Of a stretch of 64,000 nucleotides of DNA, positions 34,367 to 46,253 are shown one piece after another. Source of the stretch: Cladosporium halotolerans. Taxonomy: Eukaryota. The DNA is taken from NCBI RefSeq assembly GCF_011745625.1, contig NW_027191484.1, positions 186,001 to 250,000 of the forward strand. The letters run 5' to 3'. Made by a program: the position numbers and the translations under genes. Positions within the stretch are counted from its first letter, which is position 1. Each line of letters starts with the position of its first letter. The notes under the pieces are model-generated. The model did not search any database. It had not been told where the DNA came from and saw nothing but the letters and a program-made list of their open reading frames with translations.

Positions 34367-35329
34367 ATGGACTCTGCAAAACGCCCAAGAACGCTCGACA
34401 GCTTCTTCAGCCCTCCCCCAACCAAGAAAGCAAAATCCAGCAACCAAGACAGCACCCAAGAAGCGAATACGCCGAGGTCAACACATCCAACCTACCCGTT
34501 TGCCGTTCCGCATCTCCCGTCAGAAATCACCGAGATCCTCAACTTCGCCCCAGCAACAGAAGGCCGCGTGATTAACAACAAACCAGACCTTGACCTCCTC
34601 TATTACCAACCCTACATCCCCAAAGAGATCTCCCGCGACTTGTTCGATTTCCTCCGCTCTGAGCTCTTCTTCTACCGCGTGAAATACAGCATTAAGCGCG
34701 GCCCCGTTGAGACGCAGATCAACACCCCACGTTTCACGACCGTCTTTGGAATCGACGAGACGGCCAAGTTCGACGACCAGGGCGGAGTGGTCGATGTGAC
34801 GTCTGGGAAGCCTGTGTCCAAAGACGCATACAAGTGCCGACCTAGGCCAGTGCCAGAATGTCTTGACTTGCTAAGGCGATTAACGGAGAACGCAACGGGG
34901 TGCAAGTGGAACTTTGTGCTGGTCAACTACTATGCTTCTGGTGACGACAGCATCAGCTACCACAGCGACGACGAGCGATTCCTGGGCTCCCTACCTGCAA
35001 TAGCATCATTCACGCTTGGAGCGCAGCGAGACTTCCTCATGAAGCACAAGCCCACGGAGCGGAATGACGAGTCCGAGACAAAGCCGATGAAGCTGCCGTT
35101 GGGGAGCGGTGACATGGTGCTCATGAAGGGCAAGACGCAGAGTTGCTGGTTGCATAGTATTCCGAAACGGAAGGGTGGCGAGGTCGGGAAGGGGCGGATC
35201 AACATCACGTTTCGCCAGGCGATGGTCAAGGGCGGGACGGAGAATTATTATCGATATAACGTTGGCGATGGCGGTGTTTTTAAGTGGGATGATGCGAAGC
35301 GTGAGATGGTGCCTTGGGAGAAAAAGTGA
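34367..35329 (+). CDS. AlkB-family 2OG-Fe(II) dioxygenase (ALKBH2/3-like)
   Basis: NFVLVNYY..GDDSISYHSDDE (HxD), WLHSIPKR and RINITFR. Confidence 0.92.
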   Translation: MDSAKRPRTLDSFFSPPPTKKAKSSNQDSTQEANTPRSTHPTYPFAVPHLPSEITEILNFAPATEGRVINNKPDLDLLYYQPYIPKEISRDLFDFLRSELFFYRVKYSIKRGPVETQINTPRFTTVFGIDETAKFDDQGGVVDVTSGKPVSKDAYKCRPRPVPECLDLLRRLTENATGCKWNFVLVNYYASGDDSISYHSDDERFLGSLPAIASFTLGAQRDFLMKHKPTERNDESETKPMKLPLGSGDMVLMKGKTQSCWLHSIPKRKGGEVGKGRINITFRQAMVKGGTENYYRYNVGDGGVFKWDDAKREMVPWEKK

Positions 35330-35624
35330 TGAATGCAAGATGCATCTTACAAATATTCGTGTTGCATGAATTTCCACTCGTCTGAGTGATCCCATTTGCT
35401 TTCAAGACGACGTCGGAATGCCTGCGAATATATCTTGCTCTCTGCCAGTGCGACGACCCTTTCTTCCAGTCAAGGATGTAGTGTACTGACCCAAAGGGTT
35501 TGTTGAGAGAGGTCAAAATGGAGAGGGAAGTATGCGGAGTCGAATAAAACCTTCCATGCAGTTTTCCAGCCAACGCCAGCGCTAATATGTCAAAGTATAC
35601 CAATGCAGTGCCCTTCGCAGCCAC

Positions 35625-36437
35625 TCAAGCAGCAGCCGATGGCACATCCTCCATGGGCGAGTCTTCCTGCCCTTCAACCCCGTTCGGCGAGTCTGCCATA
35701 ACATCATCTTCCCGCACCTCTTTTGCAGCCGGCAAATCCACAACGGCCGCAGGCTTTGCATACGTCTGCGGAGGCCTCCAGTCCCTCAAACTACCCACGG
35801 GGCCACCCTCAATCACAACCGCCCTATCCTCCCCAGCCTCCCCCAAAGCAGTCCCCTGGTACCTCATCTCCACCGTCGATTTCCCCTGCTTACTCTTCAG
35901 CACCTGCAAATAATCCTCCGCCTGCACCACGCCACCTCCAACCCCAATCGCCGGCCCCGCCGCAGCCCCCGCCGCGCTCGCATCGGGCGTCAGACCCGCC
36001 ACGCGCCGCATCTCAGCATGCTGCGGGCTCTCAAACCAGCGCACGAAGTCTCTCACGTCCTTCAGATCCTCCTCCTCCCGCCTCTTGCGCTCCGCCTGTG
36101 CGCGCGTCATCCCGCCGTTCACCGGCGCCTCGATCTCCGCCATGGGCCGGCGCATGCGCTCGCGCCAGTCCTCTTCCGCGGCGCCGGAGAGCGGCGACAG
36201 CGCGCCGCAGTCTGCGAGCGCCATGCGTACGTCTGTGATGGTCGGAACGGGGTCGTTGTGGCTTGAGCGGGCGTGGGCGGCGGTCGTGGAGGCCAGGAGG
36301 GTCAGGTAGCGCTCCGCGAGGTTGGTGACGGTGTCAAGGACAGAGGGCTTGGTGCTGTGGAAGCCGGCGGCGCGCAGAATGTGCACGATGGCGGGCCGGA
36401 GGAGGGCGCGGTGGAGGTCGTAGGCTTGGGTGGACAT
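35625..36437 (-). CDS. TAF3: TFIID subunit 3-like protein (bromodomain-associated histone fold)
   Basis: N-terminal ALLRPAIVHILRAAGFHSTKPSVLDTVTNLAERYLTLLA...TITDVRMAL. Confidence 0.8.
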   Translation of the reverse strand: MSTQAYDLHRALLRPAIVHILRAAGFHSTKPSVLDTVTNLAERYLTLLASTTAAHARSSHNDPVPTITDVRMALADCGALSPLSGAAEEDWRERMRRPMAEIEAPVNGGMTRAQAERKRREEEDLKDVRDFVRWFESPQHAEMRRVAGLTPDASAAGAAAGPAIGVGGGVVQAEDYLQVLKSKQGKSTVEMRYQGTALGEAGEDRAVVIEGGPVGSLRDWRPPQTYAKPAAVVDLPAAKEVREDDVMADSPNGVEGQEDSPMEDVPSAAA

Positions 36438-36878
36438 TGTTCAAGTTTTCGTGGGATGTGCGCGATAGGGAGGGTCAATTCGCGACTTTGTGTGGGTGTT
36501 GACTTTTATCGCAGGATCATGGCGCGGCGCGGGTGTTGTGGTGTGCGCCTTTTCGGTGTGTTTGTATAGTGGGAAGCAGCTCAGGAAGTGAAACTCGGGC
36601 TTGCATGTGAAGCTGCGCTGGGCTGCAAGTGGACTTGCGGGGATCGCCTGCGTTCCTGCCTAATCCTCCAAAACATGAATTCACAACACTTTGAAAACCA
36701 TGCACAGGTCTCGCGGCCTTGGAATTGAGGACATCTTCCTGCATCCTACAATGAGATTTTTTCTATCATTAACGCGACATGAGCGGGAAGTAAACGAACA
36801 CCAACACACTTGGCACAGAACACAATCTAAACATGTATACAAAAATTTATCCAATCCAACATTGCCAATGGCGTAAGA

Positions 36879-38645
36879 TCACTCGTCCCTCTTCACGAGT
36901 GCCACCGGACCCTCATACGAATGCCTACCCCAAACGAAGTAGTAGATGATCGCAAACAGCATAACGCCACCGTACATCGCACTCGCCCAGTTCATATTCT
37001 CAGCCGTGACGGGCTGCGCCAACGGCCAGAGCAAGAAGAACCACAGCGGGATGACGACGCAGAGCGCCGCGATGTTAACGGCAAGGCCAAACTTGCCCAA
37101 ACTCCAGCGACGAGGCGGTAACGGAGGGCCGAACAGCCGCCTGTGAACCAGCACGCCGATGGTCATGATATAGGAGCTGAGCACGGAGACGCCGCCGAGG
37201 GAGTTGATGGCGTTGAGCGCCGTCGTACTACCAAGATTGATGCAGGCGAGTAACGACGTGATCACGAGCGAGGTGAAGACGGCGCGCAGCGGGATGTTCC
37301 AGCCGGGCGAGACGTGCGAGAGCCAGCGGGAGGCGGGCAGACCTCTGTCGCGGGCGAAAGACCAGAGTTGGCGCGAGGCGGTGGCAACCTCACTAATGCA
37401 GCAGGAAGTGAGGCAGACGATGACAATACCGACCATGAAGTTCGTGGCGAGGTAAGAGCGTGTGCCGTTGAAAAAGACCTGGATGAAGGGCTGGCCGGTT
37501 GCAGTCTCTGCGATTGCGTTGAGGTCCGGGCCAACGGTGAAGCACAGGGTGACGGCCATGAGGAAACCGAAAGCTGCGTTCGGTCCCACCGTCCACATGA
37601 TGGCTTTCGGCATGGTGATGGAGGCGTCCTGGAGCTCCTCGGACATGTGCACCGAGCAATCGTATCCGATCAGTGCCGTCAAGGGCGCGGTAAGGCCGAT
37701 CATTGATGAGAGACCGACGGTTGGCCAGTTACCATTGTTTTCGAAGTGGAAGAGAACATCAGATGCCTTGCCTCTGGGCGAGAGCACCCACATGGGTATG
37801 AACACCGCAAAGAATCCAGCAAGATGCAAAATCAAGATACACCCTTCGACGAAAGGAAGCCGGACAGCCAACACCGTGTTGAATATGACCGCAAAAACCA
37901 TGATGCCGATGGTCAGAAGTGTCGCATGCCATCGCTGGAAGCCGTATGATTCGTCGTTGAGCGCAATGATGCCCTGAATGATGCCTCCGACCATGAAGGC
38001 GACCGAAGCTAAAAACACTTGCCAGCCGACCGCGCATAGCCATCCGGTGGTGTAGCTGAGAATCTTTTGGTATTTAGGTGGTGAAAACTCGCTCACCCAG
38101 TGGTACTGGCCACCAGCAGTGGGACACCTGTGTCGATGTCAGCTTTTGCCATAGGGCGAATACATGGAGCCGATTCACTTACATGCTGGCCATCTCAGCA
38201 AGGGAAGCGTACACAAGCATCATGCCAAGTCCGATCGCGATAAATCCCCAGAAGAGCAGAGCAGTACCTCCGTCGGTCAGGACGAATGAGAACACACTGG
38301 GAGCTGAGTCAACAAATGTTGCGACAGTTCGCCATCTTGGTAACAGCTTACGGCAAGATAACTTCCCAACTGCAAATGACAGTCGAACCAAAGCCAAGCA
38401 TAGTGATGAACTTGAAGTTGCGCTGGGACACGTTAGCCATGCGTGGCACGGCGCGCTCAGGCAACACGTACTCGTAAGACCTGTTTCTTGCCCAGGACGA
38501 TCATGTCCTGCTGATCCGCCCTGGTGCCATGATATTTGGCGGGCACCGTGTTCGAGATGACATCTTCCTTGACGAGACCGTCGTCTGTGGGCTCCCTCAA
38601 AGCGGAGGTGATGTTGAGGTCTTCTTTTCCGCCGATCTCAGGCAT
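36879..38645 (-). CDS. Amino acid/GABA/choline permease (APC superfamily), multi-exon
   Basis: NFKFITMLGF, VYASLAEMASM, GGQYHWVSEFSP, GYDCSVHMSEE and SRQLWSFARDRGLP; several short 5' introns. Confidence 0.92.
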
Positions 38646-40513
38646 CTTGCCGGGTGCTGAGCTCGACGCACGGTCAGGATTGGCGGCGATCAAGCCACCA
38701 AGTACGCCTGATTAAAAGATGTCTGCAAAGACGTGGATGTCAAGAGGCAGAGAAGAAACGTAGAAGCTTCAAGCACATGGCACGCACGAGCAAGCGGGCG
38801 TTTCACGGGCTCCGATCTTGGATCTGCATACAAGGGCTCGGAGACAGCATGCGCCAGAGGTTGCCCGAACGGCCAACGATTTTGGGGAAGCAGCTGCCCT
38901 CGGCCGCCACACCTGCAGCGTCCGTCTCGAGCCTCAATAAGCTTGTGCAGACCTGACGTAAAAGCGCGCGTAGGATTAAAGCTACTTCGCCCGCGCAATA
39001 ATAGGGCTGGTCGCACGCCGTGATGTGGAGGGTTGAATGTAATGGAGGTGTGGAGCGGGAGGGGACGCCAGGGCCGCGAAGCAACAGTCTAAGGTACACC
39101 CCGAGCAAAACGACCCAGCGACGGTTCTTCCTAGGAGCGCCTCGCCCGCAGCGTGCGGTATGGGCCGGATCCGAACCGTGGACAGGGCCGGCGGCGACAA
39201 CTCTACCTCGACCACGATTGATGAGTACAATATTGCGATAGAGATCAAACCAAGCTTCTCAATCTCGCCTACAGACGCGCCAGACAGGCCACAACCTCAT
39301 GGCCGGATCCCATATGAGTCTGTGAACTGCGCCGAACATTGCCGGAGCAAGATTGCGTGCGGAGTCGGTCGTGCTCGAAAGACAAATGGCAAGCGGCAGG
39401 GTCGTGCTCGGAACGCCTCTCCTTTCAGAGAAAGCGATCGACATACACACAACTCGGAAACAGCGCCGCTGCGAGCTGCAGTCAAGGTTTCGAGGCTTGC
39501 CGATGACCGCCACGGTCAGTCCACAAGTGACGAGTGCCCGAACTATGCATAGAGGTCGGCAATTGTGCGTGCAACCTTGAGTCATTGCGGCTTTGAACTC
39601 CCATCAGCCCCATGGGCCAGTCCGCTTTGCAACACAAGGATCCTGTGGCTGACAAGGATGGCGTTGAGCTGGTAGTGATGTGGAGTCGAGCAGAGGCCGG
39701 TGCTCCAACGTTCCACTTTGCGTCGTCCCCGTCCCGTCACGGTCCGCCATACGCGAGTGTCAGGGCCTCAACTCCCCTCGGATTACTCGTGGGGTCGAGG
39801 AAATCCGGCGTCGTCTACCATCCTTCCGAGATGGCGGAGACATGGGCCATCAGTTCGACCCTCCGAGCTGTCCCGAGGGGGCGTCTATAGCGAAACACCG
39901 CCGTCGACCTGCGCGCACATGATGGCATGATCGCGCGAGCGACGCGACTTAGATACGATGATAATTTATTCGAATTGATGCACGGTCGTGATGCGCATTC
40001 CCACTTGCGAACGCCTCTATAACAGTGGGCGCCGGCGTAAGCGGCGCTCGCTTACGCTTGGTGCAAACTCTGGGAGCGAGAGCAGCTTGGACGTGCGTGT
40101 CAAGTTGTCAACCGGCGCGGTGTCATGTCCTTCTCATCTCCCAACGTCTGCATTGGCTCTCCGCCGTTGCTGACAGCCCCTCGCCTCGGTACCTGTACGG
40201 CGCCTGTATGATCCAGCGCCCGTCACCGCCCTATGATAGGATTGACGGTCACGCCAGGCCAAACTCAACTCTGGTCACGTCGGCGACTGCGCGTTTTAGC
40301 TTGGGCGAAAACCCTTTGGCGATCGCCCTCCGCATACGTCCTCAGGTCGTGGGCCGGAGGCCCGCCCGTCTGGCCTTGAGCTTGTTGATCCTTGGTAGGT
40401 GCAACTTCAACTGCGTGTCTCATGCATCCTTCTGTCAAACGACTCAACCTGGTCTCCTTTTGATGCGCCGTACGTTGTATCTCTCCGCCCAAGGAGCCCA
40501 TGCGGGCTGAGCG

Positions 40514-42010
40514 ATGTCGACGCAAAACCTCGAGTTGCATGTGCCGGATGGATACTACCCGCCCTACGCCGCGGTCACCGACACAGATCATGGCGCATTC
40601 ATAATCATCGCCGTCGCGCTGGGCTTGACATTCGTCTTGGTTTCAAGCTCAATCCGCCTATTCTTGCGAATCAGTTTCTCCCAGAGAGCCGGCTTGGACG
40701 ATACATTCCTCGTCGCAGCCACCGTGAGTCGCCACGTCCTGATTAAGTCCAGCAATATGGATACACTTCTAACACGGGAATCAGATTCTTGGTGTCATTC
40801 AAGGATGCATTTTACTGGGTGCATGCTCGCGTGGTCTAGGCAAAACCATCGGCCTCCTCACTGAGAGTGCGATTGACAGCATAGAAAGAGTAACTCACGT
40901 CCATCTGCACAAAGCACCTCGTAACAATCGCTTACCCTTAATGCAGTCGTTCTATGCCAGCAACATCTTCGTCACGCTCTCCCTGGCACTCTCAAGATGC
41001 TGCGTACTCATCTTTATCCTGCGCTTGACACCCATCGAATCACATAGACGGGTGGCGTACGGTATCATCATCGCGACAGCCCTGTGGGCTTTCGGCGCAG
41101 TCTTTGCTGCTGCGCTCCAATGCGATCCATCTCAGCCATGGAATTTGGTCGGACAGCAATGCGGCCATGTGGTAGGTCCAATATGGCAACTTGATCCTGG
41201 CATGTCCCACTGACGTTTCGCCCCAAGTACACCCGCCTCAAAGCCGTCTGCATAATCGACGCCGTCCTCGAAGCCGCTCTAGTAGCCTGCACAGCCTTCA
41301 TGGTCCGGCCTCTCAAAACCACCCTCTCCAACAAATTCATCGTTGTCTTCGTCTTCAGCTTCCGCCTCCCGATCATCGTCCTTATTGCCCTCCGGCTCTA
41401 CTTCTTCGACCCCGTCAATCTGACCGGTAACTTCACCTTCCACGAAACCCTCTACATCACCTTCACCCAAACGCAAGTCAACTACTCCCTCATCAGCGCC
41501 ACGATCCCCAACCTCCGCCCCATCATCAACAACCTCAACACCCACTACGGCGCCATGGGCGAATCCACTCTCTCCGGCTCCTACAACTCCCGCTCGACCT
41601 CCAACCCCCAGGCCTCCCGCAACGCGACGAACTCCAACTCCCAGTCCCGCTCCCGCCGCCGCAGCAGCATCTTCGCCATCGGCCCTCTCAAGCGCCTCGC
41701 CTCCAAAAGCCGCGATAGCGCCCAGAGCAGCGCTAAGAACCCCGGCGGCAGCAGCGGGAGCAGAAGCCAGGGCTGCGACGGCATGCTGGAGCTCGAGACG
41801 GTGCCGAGCATTGGCACGCAGGCCGTGGAGACGGGCTCGAGCGTGCGCGTGCACGCCGGCAATCGAGGCTGGCCTAGAGAGGCGGAGGAGGGAACCCTGC
41901 CGCCCAGGTCGAGGGGCGGGGATGCGAGCAGTGCGGTTAGTGGGGAGAGCCAGAGGATGACCATTCGCAAAGAGGTCGATATTCACGTGGACAGCGGCGG
42001 GAATCGATGA
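40514..42010 (+). CDS. PTH11-like (non-CFEM) integral membrane protein, multi-exon
   Basis: Hydrophobic exons (GLDDTFLVAA, LSRCCVLIFILRLT, LQCDPSQPW, FSFRLPII, ISATIPNLRP) and a Ser-rich cytosolic tail. Confidence 0.8.
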
Positions 42011-42954
42011 GTACGGCTTAACGAGCAGGAATGGAATCCGGGACACCAATGAGCTGGACCACGGCCTGTGCGAAAGACCCTTGAGCATACCCAAAAGCAC
42101 TGCGCCGAAGCAAAGCTTCTGATGTCAGTGGAGCCGGCCCTGCCTGCGCGCAACAGAAACGAACGTGCTTCCGGACTCCCTTACGTCCATGTCCCGACGT
42201 CGAGCAGAAGATCTCTCCCAAAAAGGATCGCCGCTGCTGTCTGGGCCTTCCATCCCAGATCGACCACAAAGATTCCCACAGGCTCTTTCGAAGAGCACGC
42301 ACTCCCACCGCCGCCGCTGCCGAGCCACGCCATGAGCGTGCGCCAGACGACCAGCACGGCTCCAGACGCCCGAGGACTGCAAAAATCACCGCGGAAGAAC
42401 GAGAGACGAGACAACAGAAGACAAACGCGCATCTTCGCTGATTACTTGGTCAGCATTTGATTACAACAGACATAGATACCCAGCCCATAGCATATTCGAA
42501 TTTAATACTTTGAACTCCATTCCTGCTCACAGGAGTCAGACCTGCAACGATAATAATTTCGATCAGTAGCATAGCCTTTACTGCATTTTACAACAGCGGT
42601 TTGGGGAGGGCTGTCAGGGAGGCGAGCTCGACTTCAGTCTTGAGTCAAGTCTCACGGGCATCGGCGCAAGGAGGAGTGTAGTCAGTTCAAACCGAGTATG
42701 TGAAGTGTTGCTCATCTATCGAATACAGCGTCCAACGGCCACAACACCAGTCCTCCCAATGCTCCGCACGGAAAGGAGGCAGCCCGCTATCCAGATGATG
42801 ACAAGGGTACAGAGAAACGAAGCGAAGCGAACGAAAACAAATGCATTGCAGACAAACCCCAGCACGCCCAGCGCACATGCTTGTTTCCTCAGGAAACCAG
42901 AATATGCGGCGCAACAAGGCTCTTCCTCTCCTCTCCTCTCCCCTACTTGTATCT

Positions 42955-44575
42955 TCAGCCCGACTTCTTCTTATTCTTCCCCTCCTCCTTCCCCTCCCAC
43001 CACTCGCTAATCCCGTCCTTGAACTTCTCCCACAAGCTCCTGTTCAGCCGATTGCTCAGCTGGCGGAAATTGTACATCTCGCCCCAGCAGTCGCGGCCCC
43101 ACTCGCAACCCGCCATGTTGACGAGGAAGTCGCGCTCGCTCTCCTGGTAATGCACGCCCTGGATCCCGCACTCCTGGGGGTCGTCGGTGGCCTTCAGGGA
43201 AGCACACCCGCCCTTCGGCAGCCCCTTGTCGTCGCCGCAGGCGCCCTGCGGGAACGCGTTGATGCTGCGCTGCGGGATGAAGGCCGTGTGCGGGCGGATC
43301 CAGGGCTGGTTGGTGTAGATGTACTCCAGCGCGTCCTGCTCCTTGTGCTCCCACTCCATGTGGCGCTGCTCGTAGAAGACCGGGTCCCACCAGACGTCGA
43401 GCAGGCGGTCGGACCAGGCGGAGCGGCGCACGAAGAAGGAGCCGAGGTTGAAGCCGCCGCAGTCCTGCGGGACGATGAGGTTGATGCTCTCCGGGAGGTT
43501 GTCGCCGACGGGGCTGGAGGTGAGGGGGTCGAGGTAGTTTTGGTATTCGGGGGAGTCGGGGTCGCCCGAGGTGCCGTTGGGCGGGTGGTGGACGTTGAGC
43601 GGGTTGTAGACGTTGATGTCGCGGTAGGTGGTGGCACCGAGGTCGTTGAAGATGTGTTTTTGGAGGGAGTAGCTGGGCTCCATTACGAAGGTGTTGAGGT
43701 CGAGCCACCAGAACCTGAGGGTGTTAGCAATACGCCAGTGAATGAGACTCTCACGGCCAAACTCACCATTCAGCATCGGGGTACTTCCGCATGCTGTTCC
43801 GGATCACATCGACCTTCTCCCAGCTCTCTCGCCACTCGTGCGCGTAGCGCTTCTTCGTGCTCATGTCGACGATCTCCAACTCATATCCCCACTCCGCCGC
43901 GTACTTCTTCTTGTTCTTCACGCTGTCTCTTTCGATCGCCCACTCTCTCGCGCCTTTCCACTCCATCACACCTCCCCCTTGATTCGCGCCCAGTATTATG
44001 ACAAACTTCGAGCCGCCGCCGAACATAGACGATCTCCTGTACCAGTACGTGATAGCTGTTTCACCAGAGTCAGCGCGCAACCCGCCATCTCAAAAGTCTC
44101 AAGTGTCATCCTTACGCTTGCTGAACCAAAGCAACACCGCCAGAAACGCCAAAACAACCAGCGCGAGGTACTTCCTCCTCCTCGACAGCAACAGCGCGAT
44201 CCGCGCAGGCACGTCCTTCCACGAACCCCCCAAACCCCCTCGTCTCCCCCTCCCCAGCTTCTCCTTCTCCGCGAACCGGTCCTCCTGCCCGCCGTGCGCA
44301 AAGTACGGTAACGACTCGCTCAGCTTGCGCATGTGCCGGCTGAAGAAGCCCTTGTTCTGGCTCTGATAGCTGGGGTATCCGTTGACGCGCGCGCTGTTGG
44401 CCTTGGCCGAGGCCCAGGTCACGCCGCCGCCGCCGCCGCCGCCCGGCGACTCGAGGCCGCCGTAGGCCTTGCGCGGGCTGCGGCTGCGGCCGTTGCTGTC
44501 GTCGTAGGGAGTAGTCAAGCCGGGGCTGCTCCAGCCGCCTTCGCGGCGCGGCGAGGGCGAGCGCGAGAGCGACAT
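42955..44575 (-). CDS. MNN10: GT34 alpha-1,6-mannosyltransferase (Mnn10-like)
   Basis: AHEWRESWEKVD, AEWFWWLDL, QDCGGFNLGSFF, HKEQDAL and FLVNMAGC; introns 44115-44056 and 43766-43715; type II TM segment. Confidence 0.9.
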
Positions 44576-46253
44576 GGGCTGCTGCTGCTGCTGTGCGCCG
44601 CGCGGGCGGTGCGAGGAGAGGTAGTGCGAGTCGTCGTCTTCTTCTTCGTGGAAGGGCGTGGAGCCGAAGGTCGGCGAGAGGGTCTTTGCGCTGGTGGAGT
44701 CGGTCACGGGCGCATGGAGGTTGCGGCTGCTCAGGCGGCGGCGGTGCGAGGTGCCGGCCTCTGCGGTGGATGGGGAGAAGGCCACGTTGTTCGGGCGCGG
44801 CGGGACACCGCTGCGGGTCGAGGGCAGCGGTGGTGGCGGTGGTGAGGGTGGTGGTGGCGGCGCGGGCGTAATTGGGTTTGAGGATGGATGCCCTGAAGAA
44901 GGTTCAGGCGCGGGTTATTTTTGGCCGGCTCGGTGGAGGCGTCGGTGGAGGCGGTGGTGGGTGGTATAGAGCTGCAGAGCGGACGCGGAGCGAGGCCGAA
45001 GAATGCGGGCAGGAGCAGGACGGTGGCTGCCGCCGAGCTGTCACGACACGTGTGGTGACAGCAGAGGGATGCGACGAGGTGTCTGCGGTGTCTTGCAGCT
45101 GCAAACGACTTGCGAGAAAGACAAGGCGGAAAGGGATGGGGCCGTCGGCGGTGATTGCAGCGGCGGGAGAGGCGTCTCGTGAAGAATCAATGGATGCCGC
45201 CAAGCGATATGTACCGCATGCAATGTACAGCTGCTGCTTGACTGCCTACTAGTCAAGCGGAGGACCGATAGGCAGGGCAAGGCCGCAGGAGGACGACGCA
45301 GCAGATGGCACAAGACAATCTCCTGACGTTTCCCGCAAGACACACACACGCAGCACCGCAGTCAGCAGCTCTGCGCGCTCCCTTGTACTCTCTGTCTGTA
45401 CCGCTGGCCTGTACCACGACGGGCGGGCAAATCTCACGTCGCCCCTTGCCCAGTCCCTAGACACCAGCGCGGGTGGGGAGAAGTGGCTCCAGGGCTCAAG
45501 AGAGATGCGCCAGCGGGACCCCTGCCGGCGAGAGAAATGAGCCGCTCGTGGACGGCGAAAAGCGTAAAATGTGTATCTCGCAAAATTGCCCGAAAACCCT
45601 TTATTTTCAGCCGGACCACGAGCTTGCTGAGTACTGCGCGTGTCAGATGTGCAGTCAGCCACTTCGATTACCTTATTGACCAACTGCGCCTCAAGCGCGT
45701 GTACGCTATACCTACAAGCCTGCGGTCGGCAGGTCAGAATCGAGACGCGGTGGCCACGCGTGTCGCTGGCCGATCACCGCTGATCAACGTGAAACGACGT
45801 GAATTGGGATTGCGCAAACCTCCCATCTATTCGGAATCCAAGTTTCGCAAGGACTTTCGTACTCTTAGGGCTAGTCTCGATTTTTCTTTGTTGCATTCAG
45901 CCTTCGCCTAAGCCATCCAAATCACCTATATTGAGGTCCGTATTCGTGTGCGGTGGAGCCGCGATGGAGCGCCACAGGCGAGGCTGACTGTGAACGATCG
46001 GAGACGGAGTTATTGCAAGCGTAGTCAAACATCGATGTCTGCGCAGGAAGTAATCAATCTGGTATCATATGCTATGTCTTTAAAAAATGTGTACTATGCC
46101 AAAAGTCATGCGAGTCGTGTACAGTTGAGAAGCGAACCACGTCCTTCATCCCATTCCCTCTCTTCGTTCTCATGTCCTGGTTGTTGCTCAAATTCCGTCT
46201 CTTCAACCAATGTGCCATATCCCAACATTCTGTTTGTCCTGTCCTTCCATCTC

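Noticed and set aside
24535..42010. Secondary-metabolite cluster (ASST, ABC transporter, dioxygenase, permease)
   Set aside because: No PKS, NRPS or terpene backbone gene, and the genes are interleaved with housekeeping genes.
45560..45920. Possible snRNA/ncRNA in the MNN10 to F-box gap
   Set aside because: No U1/U2/U4/U5/U6, tRNA or snoRNA signature identified; an Rfam search would be needed.
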